Below, piece by piece: positions 27,965-36,494 of a DNA stretch of 64,000 nucleotides. Numbering within the stretch: position 1 is the stretch's first letter; every line of letters begins with the position of its first letter. The stretch spans positions 60,535 to 124,534 of the forward strand of contig JAKUTR010000002.1 in the NCBI GenBank assembly GCA_022448725.1, given 5' to 3'. The translations under genes were made by a program, and so were the position numbers. The notes beneath the pieces are model-generated. The model worked only from the letters and a program-made list of their open reading frames with translations. It made no database searches and had not been told where the DNA came from. Origin of the DNA: SAR202 cluster bacterium (lineage in GTDB: Bacteria; Chloroflexota; Dehalococcoidia; Lucifugimonadales; VXLM01).

Positions 27965-28383
27965 TAGGATCTGATACTCCTAAGCCTAACCAATACTGCC
28001 TTGAGATAAGTTGTCCGTCTCAGCGCTTCAAGACCATCAGTAGTATCATCCAGTTCATACATCCTGCGGTTTAAAACCGAGGAAACGACGAACGTAACTA
28101 GCGCTGCTGTAATTGCCCCTATTAGGAAAAGGACAAACTGGACATTCCCATCAAGACCACCGAGAGTGTCATTAACGTTGCGTTCTGCGGTGGCGAAGAA
28201 GATTAGATATCCAAACAGGACGAGGCTTATCCCGAAGCTATACCCAACGATGGTGTTGCTGAATAGCAGAAGACCTCTAATATCCCCCACCACAGCCGCG
28301 ATTTGAAGGGTGCCTGCAGCAGCAATGACAACCATAAGGTAATAATCAAAAGCGAAACTTACCAACGGCGTCGAAGTCCCCAA
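27964..28383 (-). CDS. Hypothetical membrane protein (4 TM)
   Basis: Hydrophobic 139-aa ORF. Its stop overlaps the start of the PAP2 gene. No family recognised. Confidence 0.45.
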   Translation of the reverse strand: MGTSTPLVSFAFDYYLMVVIAAAGTLQIAAVVGDIRGLLLFSNTIVGYSFGISLVLFGYLIFFATAERNVNDTLGGLDGNVQFVLFLIGAITAALVTFVVSSVLNRRMYELDDTTDGLEALRRTTYLKAVLVRLRSIRS

Positions 28384-28413
28384 CCTTTATTAAGAGACAA
28401 AACCGCCTGGTAA

Positions 28414-28929
28414 TTACTTGATCGTGACGGTGGCTGAGCCGGCATTATTAGTTGTGTTAATCTCATCTTTAGTAACGTCCCTGGTTGTTTTAACCAACGC
28501 GTTAGCTGTTGCCGTGAGCACCGTGCCAGACGGCAAAGCACCTGTAGCTACCGTGAATGTGATATCTCTTTTTAGGCCTGGCTGAATCGTGGCCACGTTA
28601 CAGGAGTGAGTCCCACCTTGTGGGTCGCGTGCTGTGGGCACACGACATACTGTCGGGAAGATTTCAACCACCTCTGCTCCTTCAGGCATTGTCACCACTA
28701 TCGTAACTGATCCCGCTGGAGATTCCCCGAGATTGGCATAGATGATCTTGAAGTTTGCATTCCCTCCAACTGGTACAGTGGCCGGGTCTGCAGACATCGT
28801 GACTTCCATGTCGGGGGCACCCGCCAAATCTATCGCGCCTTGCTCACGTGCAATGTATACTCCACCAACGATGATCAGGACGAGCATCAACCCGACGACA
28901 CCCAATATCATCCACATAGAGCTGCCCAT
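28414..28929 (-). CDS. Membrane-anchored DUF11/CARDB-like beta-sandwich protein
   Basis: Has an N-terminal TM anchor, then VPVGGNANFKIIYANLGESPAGSVTIVVTMPEGAEVV, typical of the 'conserved repeat domain' fold. Confidence 0.5.
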   Translation of the reverse strand: MGSSMWMILGVVGLMLVLIIVGGVYIAREQGAIDLAGAPDMEVTMSADPATVPVGGNANFKIIYANLGESPAGSVTIVVTMPEGAEVVEIFPTVCRVPTARDPQGGTHSCNVATIQPGLKRDITFTVATGALPSGTVLTATANALVKTTRDVTKDEINTTNNAGSATVTIK

Positions 28930-29126
28930 AGCTTAATCCCCCCTACTAACTGGAAGTACCGACAATGATCTCGAAACGCGCAATACGCCCCAGAGAAGCA
29001 GGTCGAGTATAGGGATTACATACCTCAGCGTCAAACCCCAATCTACACAGTCTGCCACTCATAATTAACGAAAAAGACTGCACCGCTTCTACCTATGCGT
29101 GACACTCCTTTTCATCCTATTCAAGA

Positions 29127-30569
29127 TTATGCGTCAAAGTAGAGCGAAAACTCTAGTGGATGGGGTGCCAGCTTGATTTGGTCCAACTCACGGCTTCGCT
29201 TGTAATCAAGCCACTCCTCTATCAGATCGATTGTGAACACACCCCCCACCTGGAGAAAATCGTTGTCTGACTCAAGTGCGTCCAAGGCCTCATCCAACGA
29301 TGCTGGAACGTGTTTGATCTTGGCCAGTTCTTCCTCCGGCAAGTGATATATATCAGCCTCAAGCGGGTCACCAGGATCAATCTTATTTTGGATACCGTCA
29401 AGTCCTGCCATCAACATTGCCGAGAATGCAAGGTAGGGGTTAGCGGATGGATCGGGGCAGCGATACTCAACCCGCTTGGCCGCTGGATTCGCGAAATACA
29501 TAGGGATACGACAGGCGGCGCTGCGATTCCTGGCAGAGTAAACAAGGTTTACTGGTGCTTCAAAACCCGGAACAAGCCTGCGATATGAATTAGTCGTAGG
29601 TGCTGCAAAGGCGAGGAGCGTCGGGGAGTGTTTTAGTAATCCCCCAATGTAGTATTTGAGGGTCTGGCTTATTCCTGCATACCCATCACCTGCAAAGAGG
29701 GGCTCACCGTCCTTCCAAATACTCTGGTGAGTATGCATACCGGTTCCATTATCTCCATAGATTGGCTTCGGCATGAAAGTGGCAATCTTTCCATACTCTC
29801 GAGCGACATTCTTGACCACATATTTGTAGTTCATGACATTGTCAGCAGTGGTCGTAAGGGAGTCAAAAATGAAGTCAATCTCAGCCTGTCCTGCAGTCGC
29901 GACTTCATGGTGATGCTTCTCCACATCGATCCCATAGTTGGCCATTTTTAAGACCATTTCTGAACGCATATCTGTCATGGTGTCAACAGGAGACGCCGGG
30001 AAGTACCCTTCCTTGTGACGCGGGCGGTGTGCATTATTCAGCGTGATTCCGTCCAGCATCGTCTCGTCTCCTGTATTCCAGATGCCTTCGTCAGAATCAA
30101 CATGGTAGTAGCCACTATTGGCTGTCTGGTTGAAACGCGCAGTATCAAAGACGAAAAATTCGAGTTCTGGACCCCAATTGCTGACGTCACCGATACCCGT
30201 TGACTTGAGGTGTTCTTCAGCCTTCTGGGCAACATACCGTGGGTCTCTAGGGTAGTTACCACCGCTAATCGGGTCGCGGACGTTGCAGATAAGACTTAGG
30301 GTCGGAATTTCTAGAATCGGGTCAAGAGCAGCAGTATTAGGATCAGGAACAAGGAGCATATCGCTCTCATCGATGGTCTGAAAACCTCGAATACTTGATC
30401 CATCAAACCCAGTGCCTTCAGCAAATAGTTTCTCGTCCATCTCCGCAACCGGTAGGGTTACATGCTGAGTCGTACCTGGAACGTCAGTCAGCATAAGGTC
30501 AACCATCTGAATATCATTCTCTTTAGCAAACTCGATAACTTCCGCCGGTGTCCGTTCAATCCGAGTCAT
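29127..30569 (-). CDS. glnA: Glutamine synthetase type I
   Basis: 480 aa. Has FDGSSIRGF, GPELEFFVFD, KPIYGDNGTGMHTHQS and NSYRRLVPGFEAP. Confidence 0.95.
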   Translation of the reverse strand: MTRIERTPAEVIEFAKENDIQMVDLMLTDVPGTTQHVTLPVAEMDEKLFAEGTGFDGSSIRGFQTIDESDMLLVPDPNTAALDPILEIPTLSLICNVRDPISGGNYPRDPRYVAQKAEEHLKSTGIGDVSNWGPELEFFVFDTARFNQTANSGYYHVDSDEGIWNTGDETMLDGITLNNAHRPRHKEGYFPASPVDTMTDMRSEMVLKMANYGIDVEKHHHEVATAGQAEIDFIFDSLTTTADNVMNYKYVVKNVAREYGKIATFMPKPIYGDNGTGMHTHQSIWKDGEPLFAGDGYAGISQTLKYYIGGLLKHSPTLLAFAAPTTNSYRRLVPGFEAPVNLVYSARNRSAACRIPMYFANPAAKRVEYRCPDPSANPYLAFSAMLMAGLDGIQNKIDPGDPLEADIYHLPEEELAKIKHVPASLDEALDALESDNDFLQVGGVFTIDLIEEWLDYKRSRELDQIKLAPHPLEFSLYFDA

Positions 30570-30748
30570 ATCGCGATACCCCCTCTGAAAATAATTATGC
30601 CTACGTAACCAGATTCACCAAGGAACTAAAACATTAGTCAGGAAATCAGGTCAGCTTAACCCAAATTTCCGATCTATTTCTCCAAATTAAACCACTTATT
30701 GCCTCTTATCAAAACTAATCCCTAGTTTAGCAATCTAGGCCCCCCAGA

Positions 30749-30780
30749 TGTTAGTCGGATGTTACATCTTTGTTACACAC
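30749..30780. promoter_or_regulatory. Three direct TGTTA(C) repeats at 11-bp period upstream of glnA (putative nitrogen-regulator operator)
   Basis: aTGTTAgtcgg aTGTTAcatct tTGTTAcacac. On the gene-sense strand this reads GTAAC-n6-GTAAC-n6-CTAAC, 180-206 bp upstream of the glnA ATG. A 21-nt core is 18/20 identical to the site at 33775..33796. Confidence 0.5.
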
Positions 30781-30836
30781 GTGAACCACCGAGCGTTCTC
30801 AGTAGAAAGGAGCGTCAGAAACTCCTGATCCTACCG

Positions 30837-32069
30837 TCAGTGACGCTTTATACCCATCTCGTGGTGTGTACGAGGCTCAGAGAGGTAAGCCCCAGTATCA
30901 ATCTTGGAAAATCTCTCTGGCCGGAACGATTCGACATCAATCGATGTCTCGCCCACCACAGCATATTCAGACAAAAGCATGCCGGCCACCGGGTTATAAC
31001 CGAAACCACCAGAGTGAAAATTCACACCAACATAGAAATTGCCAATCCCAGGTATCGGTCCCAAAACCGGGTTGGCATCCATCGCGAAGCTAATCAGGCC
31101 CACTTTGTGGTAATCCCATTCAGCCTCGCTGAGAAGTGGAAGTCGGTCAACAAAAGTATCTTTGAGGAAGGGGAGTGCAGTGGGATCCGGTTCCAGTTCG
31201 TCAAACGTGAAATCAGGACCGGATATTGAGAATTCATTAGGGTTGTGCGCCGCAGTTCCAAGTAGTAGACGGTTATCGTCAGTGGGCCGAAAGTAACCAT
31301 CTTTAACGTTATCGTTTACAGCGGGGAGTTGAGGAGCTGTAGGAAACGGCTTGGTCACAAAACGCTCATGGATAAAGTTTTTCATGGGTATCTGATATCC
31401 AGCAAGTGACAGTACCTTGTTAGCCCAAGCATTGACAGTACATATCACCGCATCAGCTTTTATAGTCATATCCTGACTAGGCGTGGAGCTGCTCGCCATA
31501 TCCTTAACAACTACCCCGGTAACAGAGCTTCCATTCATATCAAATCCTACAAGGGCTTGGTTTTCACGAATCTCAACTCCAAGCTCTTTAACTTTCGTTG
31601 TCAGAGCCGGGATATAGCGGTGAGGCTCACTGTAGCCTCCACGCAGGTCAAGAACGCCATAATCATCTTCTGATGTGCACATGTCCGGGAAGCGATCCTG
31701 GAGTTCGCTGCCACGTAACAATAAAAACTCGGCACCAAGGCTAGATTGAAGCTCCCTTAATGGTGCACTCTCGATAAATGCATGCTCGCGAAATAAGTTT
31801 AAACAGCCAACTTGATGAAAGGTGTACCCATCAAGGATTTGCGAAAATCGTTCGAAAATATCGAGGCTCCGTGAGCGAGCGCGGATGGAAGCTTCGTCCT
31901 GCTGGAGCATCGTGACGATACCACCAGCTTTCGAGCTAGAACCGTCACCGACTTTGCCCTTATCAAGGACAATAATCTTTTCTACACCCTTCTCCGCCAG
32001 ATGGAACGCCGTACTCAGTCCAGCAATCCCGGCACCAACAATAACGACTGTCCTAGGCGGAAAAGTCAT
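30837..32069 (-). CDS. FAD-dependent oxidoreductase (DAO / sarcosine-oxidase-beta-like family)
   Basis: Has the N-terminal dinucleotide-binding motif VVIVGAGIAGLSTAFHLAEKG. At 410 aa it sits between glnK and glnA. Confidence 0.8.
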   Translation of the reverse strand: MTFPPRTVVIVGAGIAGLSTAFHLAEKGVEKIIVLDKGKVGDGSSSKAGGIVTMLQQDEASIRARSRSLDIFERFSQILDGYTFHQVGCLNLFREHAFIESAPLRELQSSLGAEFLLLRGSELQDRFPDMCTSEDDYGVLDLRGGYSEPHRYIPALTTKVKELGVEIRENQALVGFDMNGSSVTGVVVKDMASSSTPSQDMTIKADAVICTVNAWANKVLSLAGYQIPMKNFIHERFVTKPFPTAPQLPAVNDNVKDGYFRPTDDNRLLLGTAAHNPNEFSISGPDFTFDELEPDPTALPFLKDTFVDRLPLLSEAEWDYHKVGLISFAMDANPVLGPIPGIGNFYVGVNFHSGGFGYNPVAGMLLSEYAVVGETSIDVESFRPERFSKIDTGAYLSEPRTHHEMGIKRH

Positions 32070-32097
32070 GAGTATCTAGTCGGCCAAAATTGGTGGC

Positions 32098-32448
32098 TCA
32101 AATAGCCGCGTCTCCATCTTCACCAGTTCTGATCCGAATAGCGTTGCTAACGGGCGATACAAAGATCTTACCGTCGCCAATCTGTCCTCCATCAGGCCCC
32201 TTAGCAGATTCAACGATCGCCTCAATAACAGAATCTCTCATCCCATCTGGGATAACAGTTACTAACAAAGTCTTAGGCCCCGCCGCTTTAGCCATGTTTC
32301 CGCCTCTTCCAGTAAAGACTTCTACCCCACCTTGCCGACCTTGACCGGTAATGTTCTGGTAATGAAAACCTCCGCAGCCAGCTTCCTCCAAAGCCTGAGT
32401 CACTGAATTAATTCGTTCGGGACGGACGATTGCCTCTATTTTAATCAT
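32098..32448 (-). CDS. glnK: P-II nitrogen regulatory protein
   Basis: Reads MIKIEAIVRPERINSVTQALEEAG...TGQGRQGG...IGDGKIFV. It lies directly downstream of amt. Confidence 0.9.
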   Translation of the reverse strand: MIKIEAIVRPERINSVTQALEEAGCGGFHYQNITGQGRQGGVEVFTGRGGNMAKAAGPKTLLVTVIPDGMRDSVIEAIVESAKGPDGGQIGDGKIFVSPVSNAIRIRTGEDGDAAI

Positions 32449-32500
32449 CTTTTGCCACCTCGGAATTCAAACTTCTAGTCTTTCGATCCCAGTATCTATT

Positions 32501-33721
32501 TTAGTCTGCCCCATCCCTCACAAATGCTCTTTCACCATGTGCGGACAGATCCAAACCTTGATCTTCCTCATCACCAGATACCCTGAGCCCAAGACCAGGT
32601 ATTAGGTCAAGTACCTTCAAGATCACCAACGTGGCCACGAATGAGTAAGCCATGGTAGCTAAAACAGCTACAACCTGGGTTACCACCTGTCCGGAGTTAC
32701 CTTCTATAGCACCAGCCGTTCCGCCTATGGCCGCAACAGCAAAAATACCAGTGGCGATCGCACCCCAAATTCCACCAACCCCATGGACGGCGAAAACTTC
32801 CAGTGCATCATCGAGCTGTGTTTTAGCTCGGATATATACCGCAACGTAGCAAAGGGCGCCAGCACCGATACCAATAGCGAGGGCGCCAAGAACCCCTACG
32901 AAACCTGATGCAGGGGTTATTGCCACTAACCCTGCGACTGCCCCAGATGCCACCCCCACAGCACTCATCCGACCGGTCTGGAACTGAGAAATTAAGCCCC
33001 AAGTCAGCGCTGCTGCTGCTGCTGCTGTATTAGTTACTAGGAATGCATTCACAGCCTGCCCGTCGGCATTGAGCCCAGAGCCCGCATTGAAGCCGAACCA
33101 CCCGAACCAGAGCAATGCAGCCCCAAGAACGACATAGGGAACGTTGTGTGGTTCTAGACCGGGATCTTTTCGTTTTCCAACAAGTACTGCAGCAGCTACT
33201 GCAGCTACACCTGCGTTGATATGTACAACGGTACCGCCGGCAAAATCCAAAGCACCATCACCAAAGCTACCAAGCCAACCTCCACCCCAAACCCAATGGG
33301 CGACTGGAGCATAGACTAGAGTCACCCAGATAACCAAGAAGACAAGATACGTAGTGAACTTGAAACGCTCCACAAACGCACCTGTAATTAGGGCTGGCGT
33401 AATAATCGCAAACATCATTTGGAAAATAATGAACAGTAGGGTTGGAATCGTGTAGCCATCATAGACCTCTTTGGTATCGATTCCTGACAATCCAAACAAA
33501 CTAAGGTCACCTATGAATGCACTCCCCGGACCGAAGGCCAAACTATAGCCCCAAAGTACCCAAACGATGCTGACCACAGCCATCGCTATGAAACTGTACA
33601 TAATGGTGCTAATTACGTTTTTTGCGCGGACGAGCCCTCCATAGAAAAAAGCGAGCCCGGGCGTCATCAGTAATACTAAAGCTGAGGCTGTTAGCATCCA
33701 AGCAGTGTTACCAGAGTCCAT
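32501..33721 (-). CDS. amt: Ammonium transporter (Amt family)
   Basis: Has PGLAFFYGGLVR, DFAGGTVVHINAG and FGWFGFNAGS. 11-TM profile. Confidence 0.95.
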   Translation of the reverse strand: MDSGNTAWMLTASALVLLMTPGLAFFYGGLVRAKNVISTIMYSFIAMAVVSIVWVLWGYSLAFGPGSAFIGDLSLFGLSGIDTKEVYDGYTIPTLLFIIFQMMFAIITPALITGAFVERFKFTTYLVFLVIWVTLVYAPVAHWVWGGGWLGSFGDGALDFAGGTVVHINAGVAAVAAAVLVGKRKDPGLEPHNVPYVVLGAALLWFGWFGFNAGSGLNADGQAVNAFLVTNTAAAAAALTWGLISQFQTGRMSAVGVASGAVAGLVAITPASGFVGVLGALAIGIGAGALCYVAVYIRAKTQLDDALEVFAVHGVGGIWGAIATGIFAVAAIGGTAGAIEGNSGQVVTQVVAVLATMAYSFVATLVILKVLDLIPGLGLRVSGDEEDQGLDLSAHGERAFVRDGAD

Positions 33722-33774
33722 ATTTCTCCCCTACCTCCAACTTATACAAACTTAGCCTTACAATAACGACACGG

Positions 33775-33796
33775 TGTTACATCCGTGTTACACAAA
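33775..33796. promoter_or_regulatory. Two direct TGTTAC repeats at 11-bp period upstream of amt (same motif as upstream of glnA)
   Basis: gTGTTACatcc gTGTTACacaa. On the gene-sense strand this reads GTAAC-n6-GTAAC, 54-75 bp upstream of the amt ATG and 15 bp upstream of the divergent rnc ATG. Confidence 0.5.
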
Positions 33797-33810
33797 AATT
33801 TGGACTGACT

Positions 33811-34530
33811 ATGAATTTAGAAGTGCTCCAAAATAAACTTGGCCTCAAGTTCCAAGACATCGAATTATTAGAACTTGCACTTACCCATAGTTCATATTTC
33901 AACGAGAACCCTCTCACAGCGAATGGTTCTAACGAACGGCTTGAATTTTTGGGTGATGCAGTTATTGGACAGATAGTCGCTGAAGAGTTACACAATAGCC
34001 ACCCAGGGTGGGATGAAGGAAAGCTAACCGAGGCTCGATCAATAATTGTTCGAGAGAGTGCCCTGGCAGATGTGGCGCAGCAAATCTGTCTTGGCCAGCA
34101 TCTTCTGATGGGCCACGGTGAAGACTCTGCTAAAGGCCGAACACGCCCGTCAAATCTCTCAGCTGCTTTAGAAGCACTTACCGGCGCCCTATTTATCGAA
34201 TTCGGATACGAGACAGCACGTCAAGTGGTGCTGGAACTACTCGTTGACCACATATTAGGTGTTGGAGAATCGGTCCTAATTTCAAACCCGAAGTCACTAC
34301 TTCAGGAAACGGCTCACTCGCTCGGACTCCCCTCACCAACTTACGAGATCATTGAAGAGGAAGGGAAGGACCACGACCGCTCCTTTACCGCTCAGGTTTC
34401 AGTTCAAGAGGAAGTTATAGGCACGGGTACTGGGAAGCGTAAGACTCTGGCAGAACGGGAAGCTGCGGCAAATGCTCTAGAAAAGATTGGCACTGTAGAA
34501 CCTGACACCCAGGCCCGAAAAGACCATTAA
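33811..34530 (+). CDS. rnc: Ribonuclease III
   Basis: Reads MNLEVLQNKLGLKFQDIELLELALTHSSY..NERLEFLGDAV, the RNase III signature, with a C-terminal dsRBD. I moved the start from the track's 33622 to the ATG at 33811, because the upstream part overlaps amt on the opposite strand. Confidence 0.9.
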   Translation: MNLEVLQNKLGLKFQDIELLELALTHSSYFNENPLTANGSNERLEFLGDAVIGQIVAEELHNSHPGWDEGKLTEARSIIVRESALADVAQQICLGQHLLMGHGEDSAKGRTRPSNLSAALEALTGALFIEFGYETARQVVLELLVDHILGVGESVLISNPKSLLQETAHSLGLPSPTYEIIEEEGKDHDRSFTAQVSVQEEVIGTGTGKRKTLAEREAAANALEKIGTVEPDTQARKDH

Positions 34531-34532
34531 GC

Positions 34533-35267
34533 TCAGACCCCTGAGAGTTGAGAGGGGAGTGCTGCTGAAGAAATGATCCCAGCACGTTGCAGGTCGATAA
34601 GTACATCCAAACCTGCTCCCTTTAGAATTTTGACGACATCAGTTGTATCACACGCAGCGCCACTACCAAGGTTGGGGTGCAGAGCTGGGGAATTCTCCGC
34701 TGTGTCCATCCAAAGTCGATAACTGGACTGTTCTTCGGGTACCTCTCCAGGTGAGCTACCCATCCCATACTGAATAACGATAGCGTCATCATCCTCGTCG
34801 GCATACTCCATGCGTTCAACCTTGTAATATTCTTTTGATTGAGATGCCTCCCGCAAAGTCTTGTCGGGGACAGGTAGCTGCAAGACGGTGACTTGGTCTA
34901 GCGGTTCATCATCAGTCGCCTCGATACCAGATGAGTCGTCCAACAGGCCTCCCTCAACAACTCGGACATTTATGAGATCGGTAATCTGCTGTATCACTAC
35001 AGGAACCGTTTCAATACCTAGTTCCTTCGCACACACAAAGCGCCGTGAACCGGCGATCACCTGATAATTGCCGCTACCAATGGGGCGTACAACAAGTGGC
35101 TGCTTGATTCCATTTTGCCGAATCGAATCAAGCAGTTCAGCCATATCACCAAAGTCCTTGTGGGCCATGTCAGCGGAAGGAACTAAGTTATTAGTCGCGA
35201 TTTCTCGTCTTTTGAAACCAGATGCCATACAACACCTAACAGATAATGATCTGAGTACACTTATCAC
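34533..35267 (-). CDS. ParB N-terminal-domain (ParB/Srx fold) protein with uncharacterised acidic C-terminal half
   Basis: LLDSIRQNGIKQPLVVRPIGSGNYQVIAGSRRFVCAKELGIETVPVVI matches the ParB N-domain (GxRR box). I could not recognise an HTH. An alternative start is at 35228. Confidence 0.6.
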   Translation of the reverse strand: MISVLRSLSVRCCMASGFKRREIATNNLVPSADMAHKDFGDMAELLDSIRQNGIKQPLVVRPIGSGNYQVIAGSRRFVCAKELGIETVPVVIQQITDLINVRVVEGGLLDDSSGIEATDDEPLDQVTVLQLPVPDKTLREASQSKEYYKVERMEYADEDDDAIVIQYGMGSSPGEVPEEQSSYRLWMDTAENSPALHPNLGSGAACDTTDVVKILKGAGLDVLIDLQRAGIISSAALPSQLSGV

Positions 35268-35456
35268 AGTGAACTACCACGAGATCATACACGGTTAGGT
35301 AATTTTTGTCTCTAACTAAACCACCAAATATTGTGTCCGATGTGGCCGCGCGTACAACATGATGTGTATAATACTTTTCTAAGATACATATTGTAACACC
35401 ACCAGTTTTCTGGTTATCAGTGGACTTACAGGGCTTTCGACCTTCGACGGATACGT

Positions 35457-36494
35457 TTAGAAAAGGCTCGGTTGTGACTGTATGTCTTTGGGATAGTCAA
35501 TCCCAAGATGTTCGTACGCGCGCTGAGTGGCTACACGACCCCTAGTTGTTCTATCAAGGAACCCCAACTGCAGGAGATATGGCTCGTAGACCTCCTCGAT
35601 CGTTTCGCTCTCTTCATTTATCGAGGCAGCTAGTGTGTTTAGGCCAACCGGCCCTCCGTCAAATTTTTCTATGATTGATGTCAAAACACGGTGGTCAAGT
35701 TTATCCAGTCCGATCGCATCCACTTCTAGCTTCGAAAGCGACTCTTGAGCAATCTCAGCAGTAACAATATTATCTGCCATGACTTGAGCGAAGTCGCGGA
35801 CTTGGCGGAGAAGACGATTTGCAATCCGAGGAGTACCGCGCGATCGCTTAGCGATTTCTATTAGCCCTTCTGGTTCAGCTTCGATTTTGAGTATATGCGC
35901 AGAGCGATTCACTATTGTCTCCATCGCCTGTTCATCATAAAACTCAAGACGGTGTACAGAGCCAAATCGATCACGCATCGGAGGGCTCACCATACCAAAT
36001 CGGGTGGTCGCGCCTATTAGGGTGAAAGGCTTGATGCTCAGGTTCATACTGCGCGCTTTCAACCCTTTATCAACAACCCATGACACGAAGAAATCCTCCA
36101 TTGCGGGGTAAAGAACCTCTTCGACAATGCGACCCAGACGATGAATCTCATCTACGAAGAGAACATCATGCTCACGCAACTGCGTTAGGGTGGCCACCAT
36201 GTCACCTGGACGTTCAATAGCGGGCCCCGATGTAGTTTTGATACGCACACCCATCTCTGTTGCAATTATGTTCGCAAGAGTTGTCTTACCAAGGCCTGGT
36301 GGTCCGTACAACAGTACATGGTCTAGAGCATCTCCCCGTTGCCTAGAAGCCGTAATCGCTATACGTAAATTATCTTTCACAGCCTCCTGACCTACATAGT
36401 CGTCAAGGCTTCGGGGGCGTAGGCTAGTGTCCAAATCATCCGACTGTTTTTTGGGAGAGACGACACGCTTTTCAGTCATAATTATCCTAAACAC
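35457..36494 (-). CDS. ruvB: Holliday junction branch migration helicase RuvB
   Basis: Has [13 protein letters not shown], Walker [10 protein letters not shown], Walker [11 protein letters not shown] and [11 protein letters not shown]. Confidence 0.95.
   Translation of the reverse strand: MFRIIMTEKRVVSPKKQSDDLDTSLRPRSLDDYVGQEAVKDNLRIAITASRQRGDALDHVLLYGPPGLGKTTLANIIATEMGVRIKTTSGPAIERPGDMVATLTQLREHDVLFVDEIHRLGRIVEEVLYPAMEDFFVSWVVDKGLKARSMNLSIKPFTLIGATTRFGMVSPPMRDRFGSVHRLEFYDEQAMETIVNRSAHILKIEAEPEGLIEIAKRSRGTPRIANRLLRQVRDFAQVMADNIVTAEIAQESLSKLEVDAIGLDKLDHRVLTSIIEKFDGGPVGLNTLAASINEESETIEEVYEPYLLQLGFLDRTTRGRVATQRAYEHLGIDYPKDIQSQPSLF

Noticed and set aside
30570-30748. Glutamine riboswitch (glnA RNA motif) in the glnA leader
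   Set aside because: I could not find the conserved CGTTCACC...GGAAGTAGG...GGAACG-type core on the minus strand. There is only a small hairpin (CCTAGATTGCTAAACTAGG) of unknown meaning.
32098-32344. 84-aa plus-strand ORF (32090..32344) overlapping glnK
   Set aside because: It lies antisense to a well-supported P-II gene, and its Pro/Ser-rich translation has no motif.
33622-33810. N-terminal 63-aa extension of the RNase III ORF as given in the track
   Set aside because: It overlaps the amt coding region on the opposite strand and has no similarity to RNase III. The family N-terminus (LE..LG..F.....L...ALTHSS) begins right after the ATG at 33811.
35380-35400. Third occurrence of the nitrogen-operator motif (GGTGTTACAATATGTATC on the minus strand) upstream of the ParB-like gene
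   Set aside because: Only one good TGTTAC box is present. The second half-site is degenerate (TGTATC), the period is 10 rather than 11, and the orientation relative to the downstream gene is opposite to the glnA and amt sites.
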